From positions 417,459 to 481,458 of the forward strand of contig JAQGDQ010000156.1 in the NCBI GenBank assembly GCA_030141605.1: a DNA stretch of 64,000 bases. Direction: 5' to 3'. The stretch comes from Tubiluchus corallicola. Taxonomy: Eukaryota > Animalia > Priapulida. Position numbers and translations under genes: made by a program. The stretch's first letter is position 1; every line of letters starts with the position of its first letter. Below, one piece after another: positions 38,432-50,662 of the stretch. The notes beneath the pieces are model-generated. The model saw only the letters and a list, made by a program, of their open reading frames with translations, was not told the DNA's origin and did no database searches.

Positions 38432-39611
38432 CAACCACAAATGCGATTCATACATCTGGTAAGCACTTTAAAAAACGTATATATTCAACTGCTTTCGTCT
38501 AATTAGTTTTTTCAGGGAAATTATAACGTCTATTCCAAACTTAGTTAAGAATAATTTCCAAAGCTAAACTAATACGTTTACACGTCAGAGCAGTTTTCTT
38601 TGAGATGTGACCTGGATCTTAATTTCTCCGAGCTATGTAGCAACTTTGGGGAAAAATTAAAGCAGAATTTGCAAGAATAAAGTGTTCTTCGGGGCAGCTG
38701 ATTAAATGACCACGATTTGGTCTTACGCTGCCCTTTCTTCTCAGCTTTTTTAACTAATAAACGTATTATTTGTATGTGTGCTCAAATGAAGACTATACCA
38801 TAATTTTTGAGCGTCATAATTATGAACGTACAAAAAACAAATGCCAAGGCTAAACAACAAACACAGCATGCATTACCTGTTTTACATGAACGTATGCCTA
38901 CAAAATTGAAAACTTCTCCTTTGTGTAAAGCTAATGTAATTTATAGTAAGCTGCCATGACGATAACACTAATGCTACTGCGAACAGTTACCTCCATTTCA
39001 ACACACTCGCACAATGGATCCAAAAGACTACTATACAGTCTTGATTAGGGGTTAAGCGAGTACACTCATAGAAATTCCATATTTTCCACAAAATAATTGT
39101 CGATAGAAGGATTAAAACTTTCCTATATGGTTGGTGCAATCACCATGGCAAGCAGATTATTCCATTCATTCATTAATGTCATAGTAAATGAATATTTAGG
39201 AATGTCGAGACGTGATCGCTCTTTAAAATTTTTAAACTATGTCATCTAGTTTTAGAATCAACAATTAAATTAAAGAATTTTACAGGTAATTTTTTGTTAC
39301 CCACACAGCAGTCTCTCACAGACTCCCAACCAATTAAATCTGCAGTAAACCTCCTGATACTTTAGTATGCATGCACTGACATTTTAGGACTGTCAGTTCA
39401 TCGGTTCTAATAGATATGTACAGTAAATTCATAAATGTTGTTTTTTGCGGCTGTGAGAATGATACACATCTTCAATTGCTTTTTTTGCAAATGCAAAAAA
39501 GTCCTTGCTTAATGAATCAGCATTAATTTGCTTGAGTTACATCTACAATGAAAATTGATTAATTAAGCTCAAGTCCTCACTTTCTAAATTGCCTAGAAAT
39601 AAATAAATACT

Positions 39612-40740
39612 ATTAATAATAATAATGTAATAATAATAATAAATATAATAAAATTATTATTATTACGAATAGTTTAATTTATTAACACTCAATTAAAATT
39701 TACATATAGTGTACAAACATATAATCCATAATCCAGAGATGGGGATAATAGCATAAATGCTATTTGCCCCTCCACTACACTGAACTAATTAAAACTGAAA
39801 TTTTGAATGGTGTACCACGTGTTTTATGTAACAGTAGAACACTATACATTACAACACAATAAAATATTACATTAAGAATAAATAAAAATTTTCAATGTTG
39901 GGGAGACACAAAGAAAAAACTGCTTACTGGCGTACAATATTCAACAATTGCTCTTACAAGTTTTATATGCCCTAAAAACATCTTTATCATTTGTACTAAA
40001 TATTCTAAAAAAATCACATTAATTATTCTGTTAGCTTTTAAGCACCACTTCAACACAATGGGCTCTAGATTTTAAGTTTTGTGAAATGGTAGCGCCAGGA
40101 TGACATACAACATCCACCGATTCAATTTCGTTAGCTGAAACAAAATAGCTAAAACGTGGATAGTTCCTTCCAATGTAAACAGCATTACACTTTGGAATAG
40201 CTAGCTTTAATTGCCACATATTTGCCCATTCAACAATACTATTTATTACTCGCTGTATATATCACATGATGCATTATTACAAAGATGTTGATACAACTTG
40301 ACATCATCAGCAAAAAGCTTAAGACCCACTTTACAAGATCCACTTTTTCAGGCAAATCACTGATGAAGAGCAAAAATAAAATGGGACCCAAAGCACTTCC
40401 TTGTGGTACACCTGATGTGACTGTTACATAATCTGAAACTGTATCACCGATAACAAATGCTTCATATTAATATCAAAAGAACTGTGCAAAAGCTTTGTAT
40501 GACTAACTGCATCAAAGGCCTTTTTAGAGTCTATATAAATAATATCAGTATTTTCCCCAGATCTACTGCCAAATTTCAGTCATACAAACATTCTAACAAC
40601 TGTGTACATGTGGACTTGCCTGTCAGAAAACCATGTTGTTCACGAGATTTTTCATCCTTAGATATTTAATGACGTTTTCTGCAATAACAATCTCCATCAA
40701 TTTACATACTACATTACTAGTCAGCGATTCTGGCCTGTAG
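39612..40740 (-). pseudogene. Decayed CR1-type LINE (RT fragments) with (TTA)n tail
   Basis: Frameshifted minus-strand motifs HGFLTGKSTCTQLL, IYIDSKKAFD, SGVPQGSALGPILF, KLFADDVKLY, WQLKLAIPKC. Confidence 0.85.
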
Positions 40741-41104
40741 CAGTAATAATATCATTTTATAATTATTTTCTTCACAAAATAGCCAAATACTCAGTTTATT
40801 GGCTTAAAATATTCAAATCATATATTATATATGATAAAAAATTAATATAATAATTACAATAAATATATCTTTCAAGTAAAAAATAAAACAATTGTTGAAT
40901 GTCCATTTGTCAACTACAAAATTATTATGTGGACATAAGTGGTACCTGCAATAGATCAGCAGGTATCTACGAGGTGTGCACTTCCGACATAACCATTATT
41001 TTTATCCGATTCATAAAAACTTTTACAATAATTTACTCAGTAAAAAAAGTTTGTAGGTAATATAGTGGTTTTATTATAAATTTTTAAGGCACTGCAAATT
41101 TCAC

Positions 41105-42259
41105 TCAATTTTTATTAATAAATGCTTCTGTTGCCCAAGGAGCAGGTTCCAATGTGTCTTTGAGCGTAAATGTTCGGTCTCTCTTTATTTGTGGATGACT
41201 TCTGAAAACTTCATTAATTGTCGCGGTTTTCAATACGCAAAACACATGCAATGATCGAAGTCTGGTGCATTCTTGAGATACCCTAACAATAGAATCATCC
41301 AATTCACTGCACGGTCGAGTAAAGACAACAAGTTTTTCCAAAGTGTCACCGTAAAATTGCGCAGCTTGAGACACTTCCATGAAGATCATTGTGTAGCTTT
41401 CCAGTCGCAGTTCGATTACTGGTATTTCACATTTCATGGCTTTTGAAATTGTGTGTATTTCACACGTGTAGTCAAAAACAAGTGACACTCGTAAAGAGGG
41501 ATTTGCTGCTGTTACTGTGCTCCAAGCAGCACTTGTAAGATCAGAGACATATAGTTGTTCTCTGTGGTACTTGATTCCCAAATGAGTCAGTCGAGTTCTG
41601 TCTTCTGAAGACAATTCTTCAAGTGCCTCATCAGATAACATACAGTTAAACGCTCTAATATCCTTGAGGTTACGACAAGTTTTTATTAACTTTAGCACCG
41701 CCAATCGACTAGCTTTACACACCATTTGTTTATTTTGCAAGTTTAAAAACTGCAACTTTTTATTGTTGATTGCCAAAACTTCTAATAGACTGTCATCATA
41801 AGTCACACCAAAACCACTTAAGTCTATGCTTAGCAACCCGCTGTATTTCCTGCATGACATAAAGTAAGTATTAAGACTTTGAAGGAATTCACGTCCAGAA
41901 TAAAACATCGGATTTTCGCCAATGAAGCTTAAACTGAAGTGAGTAAGCTTCTTGTCTATTATGTTTGATAAAGCTAGTATAGCATCACATGCAGAAGACC
42001 TGTTATAGCTCTCCTTAGGGTATAAGGAAATTCTCACGTTACGCATGTGTCGTCCATGTGAGTAAATTGCATTCACCAATTTTTTGTGACGTGGCTTGTA
42101 AAAATGAAAATGAAAGTAATGCCATAGATATGGGTAGCTGAATGCCTGTAGCCAATGTTTGCATGTCAACAATGCTGAAAGCCGATCTGGATAACTCAAG
42201 TACGTAAAGACATTGACTAGTATATGGTCTGGTAGACTATCCCATGAAATCTGCTCCAT
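41105..42259 (-). CDS. FBXL8: F-box/LRR protein, FBXL8-like (384 aa, single coding exon)
   Basis: N-terminal F-box WDSLPDHILVNVFTYLSYPDRLSALLTCKHW followed by degenerate LRRs; size and layout fit the FBXL3/8/21 group; acceptor tttcag with exon starting at 42387. Exact orthology is uncertain. Confidence 0.8.
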   Translation of the reverse strand: MEQISWDSLPDHILVNVFTYLSYPDRLSALLTCKHWLQAFSYPYLWHYFHFHFYKPRHKKLVNAIYSHGRHMRNVRISLYPKESYNRSSACDAILALSNIIDKKLTHFSLSFIGENPMFYSGREFLQSLNTYFMSCRKYSGLLSIDLSGFGVTYDDSLLEVLAINNKKLQFLNLQNKQMVCKASRLAVLKLIKTCRNLKDIRAFNCMLSDEALEELSSEDRTRLTHLGIKYHREQLYVSDLTSAAWSTVTAANPSLRVSLVFDYTCEIHTISKAMKCEIPVIELRLESYTMIFMEVSQAAQFYGDTLEKLVVFTRPCSELDDSIVRVSQECTRLRSLHVFCVLKTATINEVFRSHPQIKRDRTFTLKDTLEPAPWATEAFINKN

Positions 42260-43042
42260 CGTTCCTCAAAAGGTCCTTTGTTAAAGATTTCGTTTGCTTA
42301 ACTGTTTGACAACCACACGTTCTTGAAACTCCTTATATGTGCAACTGCACCAGTGGTACAGTATCGATAATTTCTTGCAAGCTTTCCCTGAAATGAAAAA
42401 CAGAATAAAATAAATGGCAGACATAGCAAATAGTTATTCTCACATTAGCATGAAACTTTCACCTGATTCAAGGTCTCCAAAACCTATCTCTACAGAATTG
42501 CACAATGGTCGTAAATTTCTTGCACTATTTGGTAGATTAGAATTTTAATAACCATAGGACATGAAGTTGCACATTATCCTAGCTTTGTCCCCTAGCTTTT
42601 TTTCCTTGGCTGTAGCTATCTTATTAACAATTCTTGCATTTGCCATGATTTGGCATCTGGCAAACCTGTTGCAGAACAACAACAAAATTAATAATTCCCA
42701 TCATAATCTAATTAGCCGGATTCTGGTTTCTTGAATTTCTATACATATTCTCACTTTCTAGATCCACTGTTACCCTTGGCAATTTTCTAATTCAACATTT
42801 GCAGTGCCATTGCCACAAAGTTCGTAACTTAAAAATCACAGAAATTCTGATGCTTACAGCTTTTGTGTTAGAATTTCCATTATTGTTAGGTAAGGATTTT
42901 TGGCACGATGGCAACAATCTTCGATTTTATGAATGTAAAACAGGAAATTAATTATCACCGAGCCTGAATCCTTAAATGTAAAAAATGTAAAAATTGGTCT
43001 TTTTTGTTTAAGAAATGAGGAATAAGTGATGAATGAAAGTAC

Positions 43043-43866
43043 TGGATAGCCTGGTGTTAGTAGTGCATGATTCGTGTGAATGGTTCATGGCTGCCTGGGT
43101 TCGATACCAAATTCTGGGAAGTTTCATTCGCTAGTTAGTTTGTGGGAGGAGGGCGTATATAAATCCGAAAGCAGCCGAGATGCTTATCCGATTCAGTGGC
43201 TCTCATCGTAGGCTATTCAGAGGGATATCTTTGACACTGATGAGACAGATGCCACAACCATCACACTAGTAAGTAAGTAAGTAAAAAATTTATTTGTCTC
43301 TGAATGTTACAAAATAAACATAAACAAAAGGTAAAAACTAAAATAAAGACGGAAACGAGACATGGTGGCGAAAAGACCAAGGGTCACCAAGTCAACCACC
43401 CCTATCCAAACTGAAGAAAATTAAGTGACCTGTCAAGTAAGGTATGTACAAATGAAAATAATCAGCAACTTAATAAAATAAAAATAAATGAGGCAACACG
43501 TTCAAATGAGTTTGAATTTAGAAAGAGTAAATAAGTTTGGCTATGAGAAGAGGCAAAATTTAAATTAGCAAACAAAACGGAAAATTTAAACTCATCAAAA
43601 ACAAAACTAATAATTACATATAAATCAAGAACTTAACCCAACATAAGAAGCAAAAAAATGAAGCAATGTCAAGTCATGAGTAAACCGAAATTATATAAAC
43701 CTGACAAGTACAGACAAGGAAAATTATAATAATCAACATATAAAAATAAAGATGAATACCTAGGGAGATATTAGTATAAAACACTAGAAAAAACACAAAG
43801 CTGATGTGTTCAACTAGCTGTGGATGCCAACCATTCTATGATATCAGCTTTAGAACAACAACAACA
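43043..43866 (+). mobile_element. tRNA-derived SINE with (CAA)n tail, interrupted by a LINE 3' fragment
   Basis: A box tagcctggtgttag, B box gggttcgatacc, tail aacaacaacaac; insertion flanked by ACACTAG at 43263-43269 and 43781-43787. Confidence 0.65.
43270..43780 (-). mobile_element. 3' fragment of a CR1/L2-type retroelement with (TTAC)n tail
   Basis: 7-bp TSD ACACTAG; minus-strand stem-loop ggtggttgacttggtgacccttggtcttttcgccacc. Confidence 0.65.
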
Positions 43867-44599
43867 GACATCATCAACTGTTACAATATAGTCAATGGGT
43901 TAACTGTCCTCCAGGATAATGATTTCTTTTTGTGTTCTTACCTGTTAAAGATTTTTATTTATTAAATAGCCAAAATAGTTTGTTCTTACAATATAACTAA
44001 TAACAGTTGAATGTGCATTTTGATTAGATTAAGTTAACTTACCTGTCCTTACCTGTAAAGTGGTGACATCTGGGTTCAATATTAGCATCCTAGTTTTAAA
44101 TACATGTTGACAAATTTTCTGTGTAACTCACGATTTGATGCCAAAAATGCATGTATATTTTATTTAATTTTATTTAGTTACTCACAGAAAGTCTCTGATT
44201 AATTTCACTTAATCGTAATTGACATTTTGATAAGAAATTAATTAATTTATTAAAAGAATTTGCATTTCATTCCAGATAAAATGTATGATTTTGAGAAATG
44301 GCATCTCAATACAGGTCAAATATGAAGTAAAATGACGAAATGGCATGTGCTGTGATGATGGTGCACGAGCAATAAAATATTATATTAAGCAGTACTTGAT
44401 GACTTTGTTTGTTTGCCACCATAAAACCCAAGCTCTCCCAGATCCCTCTGAGAACATAACATCACTCCAAACTACTTCTGCCTTTTCTATGAACCGATAT
44501 TCGATCACACTTTTTTGCCTTCAGTGTCGTCAAGCACTGCAATGTTATTACCTTTTTAATCAAAATATTACTATATATAAAAATAATTTTATTCTAATT

Positions 44600-45010
44600 T
44601 AGATACCTTAACCGCGTTTTAGACTCTTTCTCCAGAAAACCCAACTTCACTTCTTATCGCTGCACTGCTACATCACCTTGCTTTTCATATCCAACTAGCT
44701 AATTCCTCCTGCATGCTATCATAAAGTTCAACACCTTTTGATAAAAAATTCTTCCAACACAACCAAACATTATCTTATGCACGATTACAGACTTTCATCC
44801 AATTCTTCTTACTTCCCTTCTTGAATCAGAAGACAGCCGTATACTTTAAAGCTCCAATAGACTTCCTTAACTGGGGAATCCTTTCCAACTATCTTCATTC
44901 TCACTCTCGGGCCGTCTCAATACAGTCATATTAAATTGTGCACCGCATGTCGTATTATGTTATAAATGTGTAGCATCCGACGAAATAAATAAAATCAATT
45001 AATCAAATCA
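44600..45010 (+). mobile_element. Probable decayed LINE 3' end
   Basis: Ends gacgaaataaataaaatcaattaatcaaatca (AATAAA plus short-repeat tail); composition differs from flanks; no intact ORF. Confidence 0.35.
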
Positions 45011-45059
45011 CTCGAAGTACTGGTAACTAACGTAAAGTTAATATTCTTCTTTACTTGAA

Positions 45060-45900
45060 ATCTACCTCATCGTTAGTTAAAATCATCGCCTGCTAAAATA
45101 AATATACACATTTAGATGGACTGAAACTCATTCTATACTGTGCATCAACGTCATTGGCTATTTTTAACAAGTTGCTCATGCTTTATTTACTCTTGTTTGT
45201 TTATGCCGGATGTCGCCATGTTCCTTGCTTATATCATTTACCTCGTAAAAAAGTTTAGGCAAAAAAAATTAAATAGCGAAAACTGTTAGAGATTAACATG
45301 GAAATTGATTGGTTCGCTACAACATAAAATTGCTTAAACAATTATGTGTTTGTCTGTACTTATTCAGCTCAAATAATAAAGAAAAAATAATAAAAATAAA
45401 ATCGTAAATAAGCAAATAGAGGTATAAACAATCTATGAAAAAAGTCAACAAACCTGTTTTCTGGGAGCTTCTATTTTTAATTTTTAAAGTAATTTCTAAT
45501 TTAAAAGGAAATGTAATATTTTAGTGAAAGACGTTCGACATGCACTATACTAACTTTTTCGAAGTATTTTCCCAAACGTTTGGAGTTTAATACTTATATA
45601 AATCGGTTTTGCCCTTAGGCAAATTTAAATAAGACAAATTTATGGAAATATGAAGAGACGTGTATTTGCACCAGTTCTGCCTTCTTATCAAAGTAATTTA
45701 ATGTTGTTCCAATGACTATTACCCTTTTATTCTCAGTGTCAGAGTAATAATTTATTATTGTGCAGTACACTTTATGCTGCATAATTATGCACTAACGTCT
45801 ACACTGGAATATGGAAATAATAGAATTGGTGTAAGGCCATGCAGCAAGTACGCATGTGTGAGGTGTTTATATTTATTACTTGTTTTGCAGTTTCAGGTGT
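45060..45900. promoter_or_regulatory. Putative bidirectional promoter between FBXL8 and WDR27
   Basis: Head-to-head genes, local CpG retention, YY1-like AACATGGCG on the minus strand near 45214-45222, candidate minus-strand donor at 45065. Confidence 0.5.
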
Positions 45901-45921
45901 ATGGAGACTCGTTCTAACTAA

Positions 45922-48900
45922 ATGTGTGGTGAAGAAATTGGTAACATTATATCATCTGAGATTGATGGACATTATGCTACACAAATTGCTTTTGATGGAA
46001 CATTTGTTGCTATTCCATCGAGGAGGTTTCATGTTGGAATTTGGACAGCAACTGACCTTGAAACCAAAGTATTAGTCGTTGTTAAAGAGTTTACAATTTT
46101 GACTTAACACTGTTTTTACTGAGCTATTTTCCACTTCCTTTACTTGAGCATTATTCACCATTTGATTGATAACCAATTTTTTAAATCTTTTAAATTTTAA
46201 ATATTTCAGCTCAAAGGCTGACTTCTCAGAGTGGGGTGAGTATTGTAAGTGGAGGGTTTATTATCTCTCTCAGTTTGCTCAAATAGAGACAGAGCATTTT
46301 GAGTCAATCCTGGGGTCAATAGCTCTAGCTTTAAGTCAAAACTGAGTATGCTGAATATTATCTATGATCAACAACTCTCCACAAGTTTATTTTACACAAG
46401 AGGAGGGAATTCTAAGTACACTTTAGGATCAACAACTTTTTGAGCTTGATCACACCAGGAGCAGTGAATTCTGAGTCCACTCTAGGATCAACAGCTCTCC
46501 AACCAGGAGCAGGGAATTCTGAGTCCACTCTAGGATCAACAAATCTCCAAGCTTAATCAAATCAGGGCAAAGAATTCTGAGCCCACTCAAGGATTAGCAG
46601 CCTTCTTAGCTTACTCAAGCCAGAAACAGGGTACTCTGAGTCTACTCTACGACTAGCAAGTTTTCCAATTTACTTAAGTGGCAACAGGGTATTCTGATTA
46701 TTAACCTCTTCCAGCAGATGCTTAATTATTTTGTGAGGCTGGACAACTTAAAAACTTAGCTAACTAACTCAACTCTTAGACAGTTGAAGCTGAGCTGTAC
46801 TGTGTGAAGTGAATTTTTGTTGTAGCCTTAGTCATTTGCATCTCCTTTATCGCTTGGTATACTTTCTAGTTTGTTTTTCAGCCGTTGCTGTTAGAAGGTC
46901 ACACAAGTGTCATAACAGCCCTTTGTTTTGGTAGCCGTTCATTTCTGTGTTCTTGCAGTGATGATTATGTAATAGTATGGAACATAAGGGAGGCACTAGG
47001 CGCTCGGGTTTCAGGTGGGTATTTTAAACTGTTACATATCTCTGCACAGGTTATTGTTGTAATGCTGTTTGGTTTTCAATAACAAGTTTGCCAAAAAGCA
47101 AAAGTTCGTGTTTGCGTACTGTCTGTGTAAATTTATAATGGTAGCGTTTTTTTGTTTTCGTGACCGCAGGAAACTATATCAGTAATATATTATGTCTGTT
47201 GTAATGAAAGCATTTGTCCTATTGAAAAAATCGCAACTTAAAGTCTCAAATTGTCTATCCGTTAGGTGACCATTGTGAAAAACCTGCATTTCGTTTTTGT
47301 CTTAACATATTTTTGAACTGTGACAAGCCAGAATTTAGTAAATTTAACTATTTACGCATAAACAACAATTAACTTAAAAGCTAAATAATTGCAGCAGCCA
47401 GGACTTGAAACTGGAACATTGCAGTAATAGGTTGAAAATTTTACCACTAGAGCTGTTGACCCAATGTAGCAGAGCAGGTCTGAGCTTTTTGTTTCTTATA
47501 TGTGTATATTGTTTTTGTGATATAGGTGATCAAGCAAAGGGCAGAGTGGTTGGCCAAACACTGGGAACAGTCAATTACTGCGCATGTAATGCAGATAATA
47601 CACTTGTTGCTCTATGTATAGATAGCAGTGTTCTGGTCATTGGCACAGAGGTAAACATTGGACAAAAAGGCACAAATTGCTAACTAACTTTTTATTCTCA
47701 TTGCTGTATTCCTAAACATATATGATTGACAGGTTGTAATTAACCATGTTTCTCCAATATTTGAACTTCTTTTACACACTTCAAAGCATCTATACTTATT
47801 TTGCATGTTTATTCAGGCAGATAAGTTTGATACAACATTAATGGGACACAAGAGCAAAGTAAACTGCGCAGAGTTTTTTGCTCAGGCATCTTCGTTACTG
47901 GTCACAGCGTCTGATGACAGGACATTTAAAATTTGGGATGTAGCCAAAAGTGAGCTCATCTGTCAGTCTTCTGTTATATCAGGTACATTGATATCTTATA
48001 GTAAGAATTTATTAAGAGTTATCAGGCTTAATAATATCAGTCTTCTGTTATATCAGATATGTTGATGTCTTATAGTAATAATTTTCGAAAGTCATCAGTC
48101 TTAATAATGCTTTATTCAAACTACTTATTCAAACCTGCTAAAAGGAAAAAACAAAGTAGTGTTTCTCTGTGTTTTGCAATATTTACTTTTTTGAAACCGA
48201 AAGGGATTCATAAATTAACAAATCATGTTTATTATTGTTTCAGCTTCTCCATTTTTGACAATTGCAATGAATCCCAGGGCGGCGCAATTTGCCCTGGGTA
48301 CCGAAGACGGATTGGTAAGATTGTACGACCTGTCTGGCGGGAAGAATCCGCGTCTGTTGTTTACCTTGGATACCACTAAGACCTTTGCTAAGCATCAAAG
48401 TGGCAAGCAGGAGAGCCAATCATCACCTGAATATAATTTTAGGAGCGAAGGTAATAAAAAATATAATTGGCTTGGTTGTGAATCAACCCAAAATAATGAA
48501 TTGGGTGGCTTATTGTGACCACTGCAGCTGGAACAGAAATTTTACTTGGGAAGTCTGCTGTTCATCAAATAAGAACTCTGTTTTTTAAGTCTAACTGACA
48601 TGCTATTTATAGAACAATAGCAGACCATTTAACCAATCAGCACATCTTATAGGTTGCCTTGCAGCCAATGTCAAGTCATCTGACACGTAAAACACAACAA
48701 CGGCTGCTCTAGTACTAGATAAATGTTTGCTAATGAGACAGAGAATTAGCTGGTTTCGCTAAGTATGCTTTATTAAAATTATTTTAGTCAAAGGTACTTT
48801 GCGTAATAGTTCAGTTAGGTTGTTAATGACTTTCATTTTGCCAAGTAGCACTAGGTAGGCTTGCAGTATATCATATATCGACAAAGTACTGCAGTGTAAT

Positions 48901-50609
48901 GATGTATAACTTATGTTACTAATAAAGTCCGTTAGTTTGCAAATCCATATATGTCACCCCAAGTTGTTGTTTTTAACCGAGAATGTTAAAAACATTGTTT
49001 TTAACATGAGAATACTAACAACAGTTCTACTTGGTGACCTTCGTGTATTAACGTTGCTCTTAGTACTTGATACAAACTTTTTTAATTTAGGATTTAAAGT
49101 AGTAAGTAGTGAGCCAGCATGGAAGACGCGTACAGCTGCAGATGAGGATGTTGCTGATAAAGGTGAAGCGGAAGCTGGCACATCTATTTTAGGATTGCAC
49201 TTTGCTTTTCCGAGCTCTTCTTCTACTGTTGAGGCTGAAACTGGTAAAAGTGACCAACATTTTTACGCGCCATCAGTTGTGAGGTACTAGTTACAGTATA
49301 ATTGACCTACTTTACAAAAGAAGCCAGTGTTGTTTTTTAAGACCTGTTGAAGTAAATAAAAATAAACAAATGTAAACAAAACTCATTGGTTTGTGAAGTA
49401 ACTCTTTAAATGCATTAAGGTTATGTGGATTTTGAATTTTTGAAGTCACAGTATTTCTAATAAAAACATTGTCCAGTTTGCTGTTTAAGGATATCACATG
49501 ATTAGTTTAGTGTTATAACGAAATCTTTTTTTTACATTTCTAGTTTGATTCTATGTATTTTAGTGACCTCCTGAAATCTACTTCCGTACTAGTAATTGGT
49601 GTGGCACGGGGGATCATGTTAACTAATGCTAAATCCATGGAGACCATAGAGTACGTAGATTTACAAGGTAAATGCCTGTATCTTATTTTCTTAGCCAAAC
49701 TGACATCTATTCCAATAAGCTTACAGTTTGGCAGCCTGTTCAGCAGGCAGGCCCGAAAACTGAAAGAAAAACACATTTGCTTGGTATATTTATTGACCAC
49801 ATCACGTCATTTCATCAGATGAAACCAAACAATATTAATTTAAGACAAGTAGTTGACAGCTGCCATCACTTTAGTTATCAATTTTCTTATTTCCATTCAT
49901 AGCATTGGAATTTATTTAATTGCAATTCTTCGTGTGAACTTTGAATATATTGCAATGATGCAAACGTACTAACAGGTTCTGATAAACATAAGGCTTGTCT
50001 GGGTTAGGTCTAAAATCTGTCAAATGACCAGCAAACTAGCAATAACTTTGACTGTTTAGGATTTGCACTAAACAGAGTGAGTGGTGAGTTGACTTATCTT
50101 TACAGTTTAACATTGTTTCTGGCTATGCTTTTTTGTATGAAACTTTTTTGACCGCTTACGTCTACAAATCTATTCATATTTACAACATTGAACTGCTGAA
50201 TTTTACTGACAGGTAAAATCTTCTCATCTTGTCTAAGATAAATTCTTTTGAGATATTAATTCAAGTATTTTCACTGTTCAAACTGAAAGATAGGTGTCCT
50301 ATCACTATGGAATGTAAGACTTCGTGCTGCAACGCGTAAAACACAGGGCATTGCATTGACCAGACGATTTAGTCTAGTGGTAACGTGTCCGCTTTCCATC
50401 TGAGAGGCAGTAGGTTCGATACAGAGGCCAGGTCATGCCAAAGGCTTTAAAAACGGCACCGCTGTTGCCCTGCCTGGCACGTGGTATTTAGGATAAAAGT
50501 GGGGTAATAATAGTCTCTGTTATTTAGGTGTAGATTTTTTTTTACAGTGGGTGGAAAAAACTCTTGAGCTTATGTTAATTGTTAACCCAAAAGCTAACTT
50601 TAAATAAAG

Positions 50610-50662
<53 letters not shown>

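Noticed and set aside
50358-50430. Functional tRNA genes (also near 25760, 43043 and 52340)
   Set aside because: A and B boxes are present but there is no complete cloverleaf, and they continue into SINE-like bodies.
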